From Marsupella aquatica (Eukaryota > Plantae > Marchantiophyta), in contig OZ316891.1 in the NCBI GenBank assembly GCA_973895155.1, forward strand, positions 1,107,324-1,171,323: DNA of 64,000 nt, read 5' to 3'. The notes under the pieces are model-generated. The model saw only the letters and a program-made list of their open reading frames with translations, was not told the origin of the DNA and searched no databases. Shown here one piece after another: positions 50,537 to 63,273 of the stretch; position 1 is the stretch's first letter; every line of letters begins with the position of its first letter. A program made the position numbers and the translations under genes.

Positions 50537-51642
50537 CTTTCAATAATTTGGGTTGAAGAAGTTGCTCCAATTTATTCACCCCCCATAAACATGCTTAGTT
50601 TCCAAACGCCCTCTCTCCATGTGCAACCACATGAGCATATTTGGTCACAAATAGAGATGCCTGTGCGCTTGTGACAAAACACAAAAACTACCTTGTGTGT
50701 TTGACTATCGGCCAGAAAACCCTATTAGACCGGTGAATCATAAAAAAATGTCCATCACAGGGAAAAAAACAGCGAAAAAACCAACAGGGAAAAAACCAAC
50801 AGCATGAATAAGCCATCAAATTTCTGAGATCAATGGATTAGATCAGATGTTGGTGATTAAGGGTGAGAGTGTGCACATTGAACCGTCAGTATTTTAAGCT
50901 TGTAAAGTGTTCTTTTTGAGTTTTCACAGCACTATTTTTATGCTACCTGGGGACTTCACATCCTCACTTGCATCTAGAGTTTTTAGCCATAACTTTGTTG
51001 TCTCAAGCCGGTTTGGGTTGAGAGTTTTTTTGGGTGCTACCTAGCTTGGGGACATACTCATTAGGCCCTCACTTTTACTCAGAAAAATGCAGCAGGGAAG
51101 GGGGGCCCGAGTGGGGTGGTGGCGGGTTAAGGCTACCTAATAGTAACTTGCCACGTGGCAATAGGAACCCATATGTGAGTTAATACTGACCCCATTACAA
51201 AATGGGGGATGAGTTTATAATAGTTTTGTTTGGGGGCACCTTAGTAATATAGACTACACTAATTTGGGGATTTGGGGGACAGGTTAGTAAAAAGCTCTAC
51301 TGAGTAAAATGTATTGACAGCCCAGGCATCTCCGAAAGTCCCATCGTCTTGTTATCTTGTCATGTTTAAAAAGCTGTCATCTTTTTCTTCCTACTTTCAC
51401 TTGCTGTGACGGGGTGGGTGGGGGGAAGGCTTGGGTTCTGGAATTCTGGCGCTGAAGCAGAGGTCTTGGCTCGTGTTATATGGATTGTGTGATCTCTCTA
51501 TTTGAAGCTCAGTAATCCTCTGTCGCTAAAGTTGTCAATTGCTACACAATACACTGGTGATTCTTGCGAGAAGCAAGCGCGTTTGCGTTCTAAATTACGC
51601 TCAGGTGTACAGAAATCTGCTCAAGAAGAAGGATTGAGGGCG

Positions 51643-54600
51643 ATGGGCCGTCGAATGTGTGATGTCTGTGAGAATCAGAGGCCCGCCCTTCGTCGCCCCA
51701 AAACGGGACAGCAGGTTTGTGCGTTCTGTCTTTCCGGAAATGGCTTTACGGAGCTTGAACCTTAATTCGACCGTCCTTTAAGAGAGAGCGCACTAGAGTT
51801 CTAAGAAGGTCAATTTTTGCGTTTGGCAGTAAGCCATTTATCCGAGTGTGACCTCCATCTAGAACTTTTTTGAGGTGCACTTAATTGCAGTTGTAATCCT
51901 GATGCTTATGGATTAAAGGAAATCCTTCGGAGGAGCTGGAAACTTTGATAGATGGTAGAGTTTTGGCAATTTTGGAGAGACCAGTCATTTGAGTTTCAAT
52001 CTTGTTAGGGTTCTTCTACGGATGGAATCTGGACTCCGGTATATTTGAGAAGATTGTTGGTTAGCAGTTGAAATTCAGTTCAGGTGTGCTTTGGAGAAAT
52101 TAGTCAATGTGGTGTGGTTGTTCTACAGGTTTGCCGAGATTGCTTTTTCTCCGCCTTTGAGGACGAGATCCATACCACAATAGTTGAGAATCGGCTTTTC
52201 AAGCCAGGGGATCGTGTGGCTATAGCTGCCTCGGGTGGGAAAGGTTGGATCTCTTTCCGACAGCAAATGTTTTCGCTCGTGTTCGTCTGATGTGCATTAA
52301 ACCTTAAACCCTCTATCTTCAACACCAATCCTTAAACTCAAAATCCAATTTCCTTGGGTCTCAGTGGCATAGGTTAGTATATTGGATGGATCACTTAAGA
52401 GAATGACCCACTGTTTCCGTCTGTTGGTCTTGCCCCGCGCAGATTCGACTGTTTTGGCTCATCTAATGACATTGCTCAATGAGAGGCACAATTATGGTCT
52501 AGATCTTTTCTTACTGTCAATAGATGAGGGAATCACTGGATATCGAGATGACTCTCTTGAAACTGTCAAGCGGAATGAAGTGCAGGTAAGCATAGAATTA
52601 GTGACATGGATTTCATTGGCATCCGAATGGACGCTTTTATGTGAGCCTCGCTGTAGCCCTTGTTTGACAGTCTTCAGTTGTTTCTCACACACAAACTATC
52701 CTCGTCGTCTTCTGACAGAAGCAGAGATATGACTAGAACGTGATGTTGGCCCTCTAAGGGCGATCTAAATGGTTCCTTGGGTGGCACTGCAGTACGGGAT
52801 ACCGCTTGAAATTTTGTCTTACAAAGTTCTGTATGGCTGGACAATGGATGACATAGTGAAAGCAATCGGTCTCAAGAACAACTGCACTTTCTGCGGAGTT
52901 TTTCGGCGGCAGGTAAGAGAAACTACACCCTCAGTAGTAAAGGGTTCGAAGTCAAAAACTGCCGAGCAAGGAAGGACACCTCACGCAAGTTTGCCCCATT
53001 ATTTAAAGGTTCCCTGTTCTGAGTTAGCTTTGTTTCGTCACTCAGAAATTTTGCCCGGGAGTAATTGAGTCTTTGTAGAGATTGATTAAATAATCTCTTT
53101 GGCTGAAAGCAGTTTTCTTCTTGTCCATGTGGTGATGCTCAGATGTTGATTTTGCACGTTTCAGGACTTTCTCCAAGGGGTGAGATGCATTCACAGTGGG
53201 CTGTCTTTTTTTTGCTAGGCTTTGGATAGGGGAGCTGCAATGATGAAAGCGGACAAGATGGTTACCGGTCATAATGCCGATGATATGGCGGAGACAATTT
53301 TATTAAATCTTCTTCGTGGTGATATCGCTCGGTATGCTTTGTCATTTGTTGTTTTCTTCCCATTGTTGAGAGGACAAAGAGAATTCGGGTAGACAACGAG
53401 GTCCGTTTGTTTGCTTTTGGGAATGCCCCGCTGGTAATGAGTTTGCGGAATCGAAATTTGAATGGGCAATGATTGCAGACTAAGCCGATGCACCGCCATA
53501 ACCACAGGAGAAGAGGGTGCACTACCCCGTTGCAAGCCTTTCAAGTACACGTATGAGAAAGAAATTGTTATGTATGCATATTTCAAGAAATTGGACTACT
53601 TCTCGACGGAATGTAAGTAGCGAAGAACACCCCTTGTCCCCTGTATGCATCTTTCAAGAAATTGGACCATTAATCTCATAACCTAATCCTGTCCATAGAA
53701 GATCTGTTTTCTGCGTACAGTTTGCTGCCCTAGTCTCTTCACTTTCATTAATGGGCAACTGGATAGGGAGCTAGAATGCGCTCTCCTGTTTCAGTGACAT
53801 GCCTAGAAATGCTGCTAGTGCGTAATGAACAAATTGAGAACTTAGGGGTGCCCTATCCAATGCTGTAATGAAATCACTCGAATCCATTCTTATGTGCTGT
53901 TACCGGAGGCCAAGATCGTTGATGTCACTTACCTGATTTACCGAGCTGCCGTCTGTACATTGTAGGCATATATTCTCCAAATGCGTACCGTGGTTTCACA
54001 CGTGAATTCATAAAAAATCTGGAGTCTATAAGGTTTGTAAAGATCACTGTCGTTCTTTTAGCCGAAAATATGTGTCTGAATTTTTACAATATTCGTTGAT
54101 ACTCCGAAAACTGTGGTATGCATTTGACAAGCAGCGCTAGATCTATATCGTGGCTTTTTCAAAACTAGGTTTAGGTCCTTTCTTTCCTGGTCGTTCATTC
54201 ATTTTTCTGTGCCCTTGAGCGTACGGCCAGGTCGTCAGGAAGGGTGTTCATTATAGTGAACTTGTTCTGGGCTGGATCGAGCACGGAGCTTACTTTTTTT
54301 GTACATTGTCATTTTCCAGACCCAGAGCTATTCTTGACGTAATAAAATCAGGCGAAGACTTCAGGATTGCCTCTACAGCCAAAATGCCGGAGCAAGGTGT
54401 TTGCAAGCGTTGTGGATACATTTCTAGTCAGGTACCATTCCTGTGCAACTATAATAATCTGGGCATAATGATAGCGTTCTTTCTGGTTCCACTTACTCGT
54501 GACATCTGCAGTTAATTACTCGTGGTGTTCCGATTATAAAAATCAACTCAAGGATTAACAGTGTCCCCAATTGTTTCAGGGGTTACGACTTTTCTCTTAA

Positions 54601-54834
54601 AGACCTCACCTACCATGACTTATATAAGCTTTTATCTTCATGCAGGAATGGTGTAAGGCTTGTGTGCTTCTAGATGGGCTGAATCGGGGCCTACCACAAC
54701 TCGGCATTAGCCGGACAAGAGGTGTTCTTCCTTCTAGGACGCCGAAGGTGATTGCCGGCAAAGGAGAAACATCAAGTCCAAAATCAGCTGTAGTTCAAGG
54801 TAGACGTAATCATTCGACATCTCTGGATTTTTGA
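51643..54834 (+). CDS. CTU1: Cytoplasmic tRNA 2-thiolation protein 1 (NCS6/ROL5 orthologue)
   Basis: GT-AG exons 51643-51714, 52129-52243, 52443-52585, 52793-52912, 53219-53331, 53479-53612, 53966-54032, 54320-54431 and 54646-54834 splice in frame. Motifs: PP-loop [54 protein letters not shown], and N- and C-terminal CxxC pairs. Confidence 0.96.
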
Positions 54835-55669
54835 CGATCTTAAAGTCTGTCAATCCGTTCCCCCTTGTGGATTATGTGAAACCATGCTGAAGTGCTATGA
54901 GCCGCGTCAACTTCTTTAGACAGGGTCCATTATGAAAGCGTTGGGTGGATGTTTCACCCATGTTAAGTGGGAAATACATCTGGCTATAGATAAGGGAATT
55001 GTATGAGCCAGCATGATTTGCGGGGCTCGAAAGTGAGATTGAAGTTGAGAAATGGTCCCTTGATCCATTTTTTTTGAGCCGGCACCATGCACAGTAGAAA
55101 TTTCGATAGGACGCAAACTTGCACGTTATGTAAAAGAGGACCTTTGTTGGGACATAGTCCCATCCCGGGTCTTTAGTTCCATCAGGTAGATCTCGATGTC
55201 TTCGCGAAGTTATTTCATGGACAATTTGTCCATCGAACTGGCAGTACTACAGTAGTATTATAACAATTTTGTGTCGAGATTTCGTACTGCCAGACAATTT
55301 TTGTGGCGAAGTTATTTCATCACACTCGCAGTACTTTTGCCTCCTGTGTGTAAATTGGTCTAAAGCTTTACATTCTTTCACGCTTAGATTTTCAAAAACT
55401 TAGCCGGGCTTGTTTTACCTAGCCCCTTTTTGGGGAATCAAAAGGTCTTTAAGAAAATCTTTCAATGGGTCAGGAAATATTGCCAGGCACACTTGTTATA
55501 TGCCCCCTTACAAACCTAAACTTCTTTTGGTAATATAAAAAGTACTCTTACATTGGCCAGTCTGAAAACCTTGAATGCAAATTTTTTTGTTACTGGTTCA
55601 CCATTTTTGAAGGATTAATATAATATTATGGACAGATTATCTTAATACCCATGCATTACATAAAAGGTT

Positions 55670-56005
55670 TTGATGTGAGAAAAGATGTTGAGATGACAAT
55701 TATGTCAAGGTAAAAAAGATGTGAATGAGAGAAAGAGATGTCAAGACGAGGAAAAGAAGTAAAAATGAGAAAAATATATCGAGGAGAAAAAAAATGCCGA
55801 GATAAGAGAAAGATGTTATGGTGAGATATAAATGAAAAAAAGATAATATGTTGAGGTGAGAAAAGATGATGAGATGAGAAAAAGATGCAAAGCTAAGTAA
55901 AAAATATCGATGAAAGAAAAAATGTCGAGGGTAACTGTGGTGGTGAGATAAAGATGTCAATTTGTAAAACATGGCAAGATGAAAAAAAATGTCAAGACAA
56001 GGTAA
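55670..56005. repeat. Degenerate purine-rich short-unit tandem array
   Basis: Recurrent GAGAAAAGATGT.GAG-like units of about 20 bp. Confidence 0.7.
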
Positions 56006-58394
56006 AGTTGTTGTGGTGTTCAATAACATGTGTATTATATATAAAAATTAGAGACCCAAGATAACAATCACTTAATCATAGAGTCCAAACACAACCAAGT
56101 GATACGAAAAAGAATGTTATTTTATTTTAAATTTTAAAGAAATAAATATTTCATAGTTTTTTTATACTCAAGTCTTTCCAAAAATTTAAAGCTAATATCT
56201 AATTAATTAAATTCCAATTTTAATAATAAAAAATTAATTTGTTTTCAATTAATTTTTCATCTTGGTTAGGTTTGGGCAAGCTACGGGCAGCTTGGGCAGA
56301 GGCAATTACTTAGATTAAAAAGAGTATAGATGGATCTGAGCTTGAAGACAATTAGATTAAAAGAGGTATGGATGAATCTAAGAGTCCCAAAAAGCAAAGG
56401 GCTATGATTGGTTACGGACCCCATTAGAGGTCCTTTCCAAAATTTGAGACTCCACAGCGTGCCACATCATCATGGCGTGTTCCAAACAAGAATGAATTTA
56501 TTTCCAAATTAAAATAACTCATCCTTTCGTGTTTGTGGCAAATTCTGGGTAAAATTTAGGGTGCCATGCCGTAAAACAAAATGTAATTTTATTTGACATA
56601 ACCATTTTAGTTACCTTCTTCTTACGTAAAAACATAAGATAAGTAATAAATAGTTCAATATTCGCAACAACAAAATGGTTGCCAAACTAAGGCAACCGTA
56701 ACCAACTCTGCATTTGGTACTAGGCAGGCAAGCTCTTTCCATGTGAAATCACCCTAGACACAACAAGCTCTACCTAAGTGGGACATTGAACATTGTAAAG
56801 ATTGTCGAGATGTAGGAATACAAACTCATAGTGGAATGTGAAGCTTAAGACAAGATGAATCGTAACAAAATCTAATAAAGCAAAGACAGAAGATTGGAAC
56901 TCAACAAAACCGTGCGTCAAATTGATCACAAAGGAAACCAATTATGCTTCCTTCAAGGTGTGCAATCTGAGCCATAGTTGCACGGAGAATGGGTCACTTG
57001 CCATGCTCTGGACTCCATTGGTAATGTACAACCCCCTGTTTCAGATTGAGTTCTAGTAAAGGGCCATTGGAGATTCTGTTCGTTTAGCTTCCAAAAAATT
57101 AGGGATCACAATGTAAGGGGAACTTACACTGGCTATCATTCATTTACAAGTCGTCCAAACAACACATTTCCAAAGAATTTTATTGCAAATGACTGGGGTC
57201 GTCTTACTATATACCTATAAATACATGTTCAACATCACACGTTGTCCAACACAAATATCGGCTACATTAATTTCAATCTTAACATCTAAAATTACAAACA
57301 CAAAAGAGATAGGGGTCCACGAACTAATTCACAATTTATACCCTACTTTATACTGAGTTTGTAAAGTGAAATGTCCTTGACCCTAGTGCATTGATAGAAG
57401 ACTCCCACTCCCTATATCTTTTGTTCTGTTGGATACTTTCTTGATTGGGAAATTGTGTGCTTCATTTTCATTTATACTACTGAAATCTTTTCTCTCTCTT
57501 TGGTTAGATTATTTTAACATGTTAATGTTTGGGGACACTTCAAATTTGAATGACTAGCGTGTGCACCCTTGGATTATAGAGCTGCTTTGGTGTCACCCTC
57601 CTTCCTCAAACTATGGTAGCAGGACATGACCGTACCATAATGGTGGGTGGTGGGCTTTCCAATGCTCTCTGTTGACGGTTAACAAACGTTACAATAGATC
57701 TAGTAAAATATTTGGTAGAGATAGATGAGAATAGTAATGCTTGATCCAACCAATACTGGTTGCTTAGGGAGGTCCTAGCCGGAGGCATCCAGCCAGTACG
57801 CCATCGGCGGAGAAGCTTCATCCAAGGTGGAAATCTGACTGACATATCACACCCAGTTGGAGGGGTACACAGAAAACAGGGTAGACTAAAGTAGTGCAGA
57901 ACTCAATTGCTATCCAAAATTGTAGAATCAAGAAGAAGCCAATTCAGCTCTCATGGCAACTGATGAGCAACCTAGCTCCAGATCGAGATTGGAAACACAA
58001 TGGACTTTTACTTCTAAATTCTGTTGACAAGGAACAACAGCTGTCCGTCATCCCTGAACGTACATTATGTATAGGAGAGTGAAGACTTGACTTGGGAGCT
58101 AGAATGAGAAACCTCAAAACCACTTACGGCAAGATATTCTTGAGGGTGCCGGTTGTTCTGCTCATAATAAGGTTGATCAGTTTTGTTGGCGAATCATGGG
58201 ACCTGTCACCAGGTCACCAGATTAATGCACTGAGTTCTATACCCCAAAAGTTTGCAGAAGGAAAAATTGTCAATCACAATGGTACTACTTTTGCCACCTG
58301 TACGTAAGTTAGTTTCAAGCGTTATTTTTGATAGTCATCAATCTTTGCAACTACCCTAGTGGAGGATTTCCGAAATCAGCAAGAATGGGAACCC

Positions 58395-58692
58395 TGTTGG
58401 AAACCGTCAGCTCAGACTAGGCAGCAATGTCAGGAGCAATGCAGAACATGAGAATGCACACAATCTCCTACAAGACACCAATGATGAAGAAACTCTTGAA
58501 ATATCCATAGCTCATGAGAAAGAACATGTGAAGTATGAGGGAGAGAATGTACTCCCTCCAACCTATATCCCCCAAGAGAGACTAAGATGTGTGGGCCTAA
58601 ATAAGTGGATCTTATCCTAAACTAACCAAGGGTCAACTACCCCTAGTAAGGCCAAACTAACTAAAGTCGGGAACTCGAGTCAATTCTTAACA
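58395..58692. mobile_element. Solo LTR of a second family (298 bp)
   Basis: TGTT...AACA termini with a perfect 5-bp TSD AACCC at 58390-58394 and 58693-58697. Confidence 0.75.
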
Positions 58693-59065
58693 AACCCCAC
58701 TCCAAACAATTTGTCAGAGCCCAGACAGTTGAATTGGTCATGGGTTGGCTACATGCGCTTAATTAATCATGCTAGCCGTTTCTCCATAATCATTTGAGAT
58801 TGAAGGAAGCAAAGAACTTGAAGTTCAAACCTGTACCAAAGAGAGAATCATCTGGACTGACCAACGGAGGCTCCCCTCAGCGGGCCCCTCAGTCGGTGTT
58901 TCCTATCAAGGATGCAACACTCTAGACTGTACTTTGAAGAGGTCGAAGCAGCCATTGTCCATACATCAGATCTGATCAGACTTAGAAAATATATGCTTGA
59001 AATTGGAAGCTCTCATCTCCTTGATACAAGGTGCATGGGTCCAACTGACCTATTTATATTTGCAA

Positions 59066-60085
59066 TTAAACAGATGTTTTTTCGTACAAGTACCTGATCA
59101 GGGAGTTTCTTGGGAAACAAATCCCAAGCAGACTAACTAGAAAGGAAAAAAATGCAAATAGAATTATAACTCCTCCAACAAACATAGTAGTCAGTGCCAA
59201 ATTTGAACCTAGTGCTGATGTAATTTTGGGGCGGACAACTGCCAAAGAGCTGGAAGCAAAAGCTACAAGGACACTAACAATTGAGAGAAAAACAACACCA
59301 ACTGCCAATGTTACCATAGATTTTGTTGGTCGTAGCTCATCAAACATTGCTTGTTGTGGCATGGGGAGTGACGGAATGAGGGAGAATATTATTGCAACTA
59401 TTGCTAGGTAAAATGATAAGGTGTCGCAGAAGAGAAAAGTTGCCACCCAAGTATTTGTATACTCCATTTGATTGTCTTATGTATAACTTTGGGGAGGCTG
59501 TAAAGGTCCCACAAATGATGCAGTTGCAACTAAAGTAGCAGTAACAGATATTGCATTTGCGGCATTATTCAAACTATTCTGAATTGCTGCAAACTCCTCG
59601 GCCTGTTTTTCGTACCACCATGAGAGAAACTTGGGACTTGAGCTCAACTTGCCTGCTTAGAGGGTAGGGGACTTGCTTTGCTTTGTTAGTCTTGAAAATG
59701 TTGCAACCTCCTTGCAATAATAAATTTACACAGCCTTGCTTATCTACAAGGTAATTGTCGTCAACAATCTTCTCCACCTTCCCACGTTGGTCCTTCATAA
59801 GAAGATGTTTACAACTAACATAGTCCAGCAAATGGCTTTTGAATTGAAGTGACTTATCATGGCAATCAATCATGCCATCTCTCATAACACAGTGGGAGCC
59901 GTATTCTCATTTGTGTCTTCAACAAAAGGATCAAAGGAATTGTCCATGAATAACTTCAGGCCTTCATAATTTCCCAAAGTTGCAGCAAGATGCAATGCAG
60001 GCCACCAATGTTTGAATACATAAATATGGTTTTGGCTAGTGCGTGACGGTGTATGTGCCTTTGCTTTGTATAGATAGTGTCCTTC
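59066..60085 (-). pseudogene. Ankyrin-repeat plus PGG transmembrane (ANK-TM) pseudogene
   Basis: After a CAG acceptor the sequence reads WPALHLAATLGN, NTA/HCV, GCVNLLLQGG, WWYEK, AANAISVTATLVATASFVGPLQPP and three further hydrophobic helices. There are at least two frameshifts and one in-frame TAA. More degraded exon sequence may lie upstream of a donor at ~60412. Confidence 0.75.
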
Positions 60086-61494
60086 CTGCCACATCCAAAG
60101 TTGAGATACTTAAGGTTCAGCTCTAATACTAACTGTATTTGCAAATAATTAAAAAGTGAAATCAGCAAAAAGACTAAAAGGTTTCTAGAATTGTGAGCCA
60201 AAGAGCAAACAAAATCAATATATAGGCCTGGAGTGAAAGCATACAAACTCTTTTAATAAGTAGCTGAGTACGTGGTTGAAAATGAGGAGAAATAGATTTC
60301 TATAAAAGTGAATTAGTAAACAATGAAATGAAAGGGGCCGTGAGTGGACACCTTCAGTAAATGACTGTAAATTAGGAAAGGACCATGAAAGAAGTTTAAT
60401 TTGATTCTTACCTGACTAAATGAAACAATGAGACTCTATTCCTATATTTAAACATTAATATATTTAAAGATTCCATTCTATGTGCAATGAAAGAGATCCC
60501 ACCCAAATTTAATGCTCAACTTCTCATTCATGGAGTGAAACCAGTTCCATTAGAGCAAGCCAATCCAGATGCTTTATTGGTGTTATGTAAAAACTGTGAA
60601 CAGCCTAGAAAATAGGCACAAGCATTACAAATACTTGAGTAAAGTGATCGGATAAAAGTCTCATAAAGTGTAGATTGAAACTTAAATTCTGAATGAATCT
60701 ATATAGCACTCTGTTCTTATGCATTGAGAAAGTGCACAAAACAAAGAAGCCACCAAAATGTATTATTGCTAAACATAAAGAAAGGACTCATCCAATGAAA
60801 CTTGAGTACAAACAGGTTATTAATAATACAACTGACAGTTTACCATGACATATCTTGGGCTAGCTAGGGTCATGGCAAATTTAGGTGAAATATCTCTCTG
60901 CAAATAGAATCCATATTTTTTACTCAAATCTAGAATATAACGTTATTGTTTTCTATTTTGTCATGTAAATGACTCTTAATTGTGCATGAATGTAAACCTA
61001 AGACTCAATTAAAAATTTAAAGTCACTTTGATTATCATTTTCTCTTTTGTCTTTTATTGAAGATATACACATTGCTCTTTCATTTGTTTAGTGTTTGATT
61101 CTAATAAAAATCAAAAGTTACTCCTTTTGAGCTAATAGTTTTTCATGCTTTCACTCCAAGTCAAAATTATTTGCTATTTGGGTCACAAGCAAGATAGAAA
61201 CTGCTTCCTTGTCCTGTTTGAGATTATTACATTTGAAGTGCAGATTCAAATGACAATACTGTAATCAACAATGGCAACCGGGATGGCAAAAATCAAGACA
61301 AAACCAAGTCTTTATCAGTGAGTATCATCACATGAAAGAACTTAACCAAAATGCAATTCTTGATGAATGCTAAATAACATATGTTTAATACTGTCTGATG
61401 AATATTTGAAATTATTGTCCAAAATAATAGAACCTAAAACTCTTGCCTAGTCTAATTAGGAATTAAATGTTACTTTGTTTTTGCCTTGAACGGA

Positions 61495-62240
61495 AATGAG
61501 GAAAAACACTTGGTAGGCTCTCCCCACCCCTATAGTGTGCATATATTCATTGTAGACAAGTGTGACATATATTGATTGTAGGCAACCCAGTATAGGGTGA
61601 GCTGTGACATACATTCAATGAGGAAGAACACTTAATAGTAGAATCCCCCCACCCCTATAGTGTGACATATAATTATTCATTGTAGGCAATCGAGCTAGTA
61701 TAGGATGAGCCCCCACGGATCCAACAAGGACTTGCAAATGGGGAAGAACATTTATATAGTAGACTCTCCCCATCCCAATAGTGTGACATATATTGATTGT
61801 AGGTGACCAAGTACAGGGTGAGCTGTGACATACATTCAAGTAGGAAGAACACTTAGTAGGCTCTCCCCACCCCAATAGTGACATATTGTGACATATATTC
61901 ATTGTAGACAACCAAGTATAGGGTGAGCCCCCATGGATCCAACAGGGACCGATAGATACATTCAATGAAGAAGAACACTTAGTACTAGACTCTCTATACC
62001 CCAATAGGGACATCATTGTAGGCAGCCAAGTACAGGGTGAGCCCCAGCCCCATGGATCCAACAGATACATTTAATGAGGAAGAACACTTAGTAGAGATAT
62101 CATTGTAGGCAACCCAGTACAGGGTGAGCCCCCATGGATCCAACAGGGACGGGCATCAGGATGGAGCTAGAGAGGATTCAGGGTGAGCCCCCATGGATCC
62201 AACAAGGACCAGCAGTAGGATGGAGCTAGAGAGGATTCAT
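61495..62240. repeat. Mosaic tandem array, six ~100-125-bp units plus a terminal ~60-bp duplication
   Basis: AATGAGGAAGAACACTTAGTAG...CATTGTAGGCAACC.AGTA.AGGGTGAGC recurs at about 61496, 61617, 61737, 61838, 61964 and 62073. Confidence 0.9.
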
Positions 62241-62420
62241 TCAGGGCTGCAAAGTGGCCAATTCAACCAGGGGCGAGGAGGAAATCATAATTCCATACAC
62301 TACCCACAAATTAAACCCATCCCACCCACAAGTGCCCTTAGTTCACTCCCTTGTGCCCTGGGTGGGTGCAAGGGGGAATTGAACCTGGGACCTCTCAGTT
62401 GAAGGCACTTGGGGTATAAT
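62240..62420 (-). mobile_element. tRNA-derived SINE related to 17600-17790
   Basis: The minus strand carries GAGAGGTCCCAGGTTCAATTCCCC (B-box at 62375-62385). The body GAGGAGGAAATCATAATTCC..CACTAC resembles GAGGAGAAACCATGACTCCCACCACTAC. Confidence 0.5.
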
Positions 62421-62932
62421 ATTTTAATCACTAGATCAATTAAAAAACTATTCTCCCAATATTTGTGATGATTTTTACAGTCATTTGCAATGTCATTTTC
62501 AATGTCAAAAAACAAAAATAATAAGGTCCAAAGACATAGTGAAGCTCATGGCATGGGCGTTGATGGCAAGGTGTCGGGCGAGGGGCACACTCGCAATGTA
62601 GGGTAGCCCCTCGATCTCACATGGGTGGGGAGGCGGGGCGGCGAACGAGTGGAGTGATGGTGAATGTGAAAAAGAGAAGACCCAAAACAGGAAAATCGGG
62701 AAAAGGGGGAGGTTAAGGTTTAAAAGGAACATAAGAGAAAAAAAGGAACATAAGAGAAAAAAAGGGAAAAAAGGGAAAAAAAAGGAAAACATCACCTCTC
62801 ATTTTGTTCTACTTTTGTGCTTGTCATAGCTAGTCTTTTGTGCAATGACATCTTTTATTCAAGAATTTTTTTGTGCAAGGAGACAAGAAAAAAAAGAAAA
62901 GGGAACTTTTGTGGCTGCCGTAGCCACTATTT

Positions 62933-63273
62933 TGTTAGGTATTTACTCAAGGTCTAGGGTTACGACATGTAACCATAGTTAGACTAACCGTAGTCGGAGA
63001 CGTGGTTAGGTTAACTGGGATGCACACTATATGCCAAGCGGTGTTTGCTTGGATAAGCGGAACTTAGGCTCATTGTTATGGAGCCACTTGAGAGATGAGG
63101 AGAACTTACACTGTGGAGACTTGGTATGACCGACGGGCTTAGAGTTCAGTAAAGCTCTTTTGTGTGTTCCCGTGGATGTAGCCTCAAGGAGGTAAACCAC
63201 GTATCTCGGTGTCAACTATTGTGCGTTGGATGGTTCATGGGCTTTCCGTTGCGATTGTCGTCTATGCTCAACA
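62933..63273 (+). mobile_element. Solo LTR of the same copia lineage as 43982-50536, opposite orientation
   Basis: 341 bp, TGTTAG...CTCAACA, colinear with the reverse complement of the copia LTRs (roughly 80% by eye). Perfect TSD TATTT at 62928-62932 and 63274-63278. Confidence 0.93.

Noticed and set aside
61395-61420. CTGATGA-ATATTT-GAAA, resembling a minimal hammerhead
   Set aside because: No credible stem I, II or III pairing; expected by chance in AT-rich DNA.
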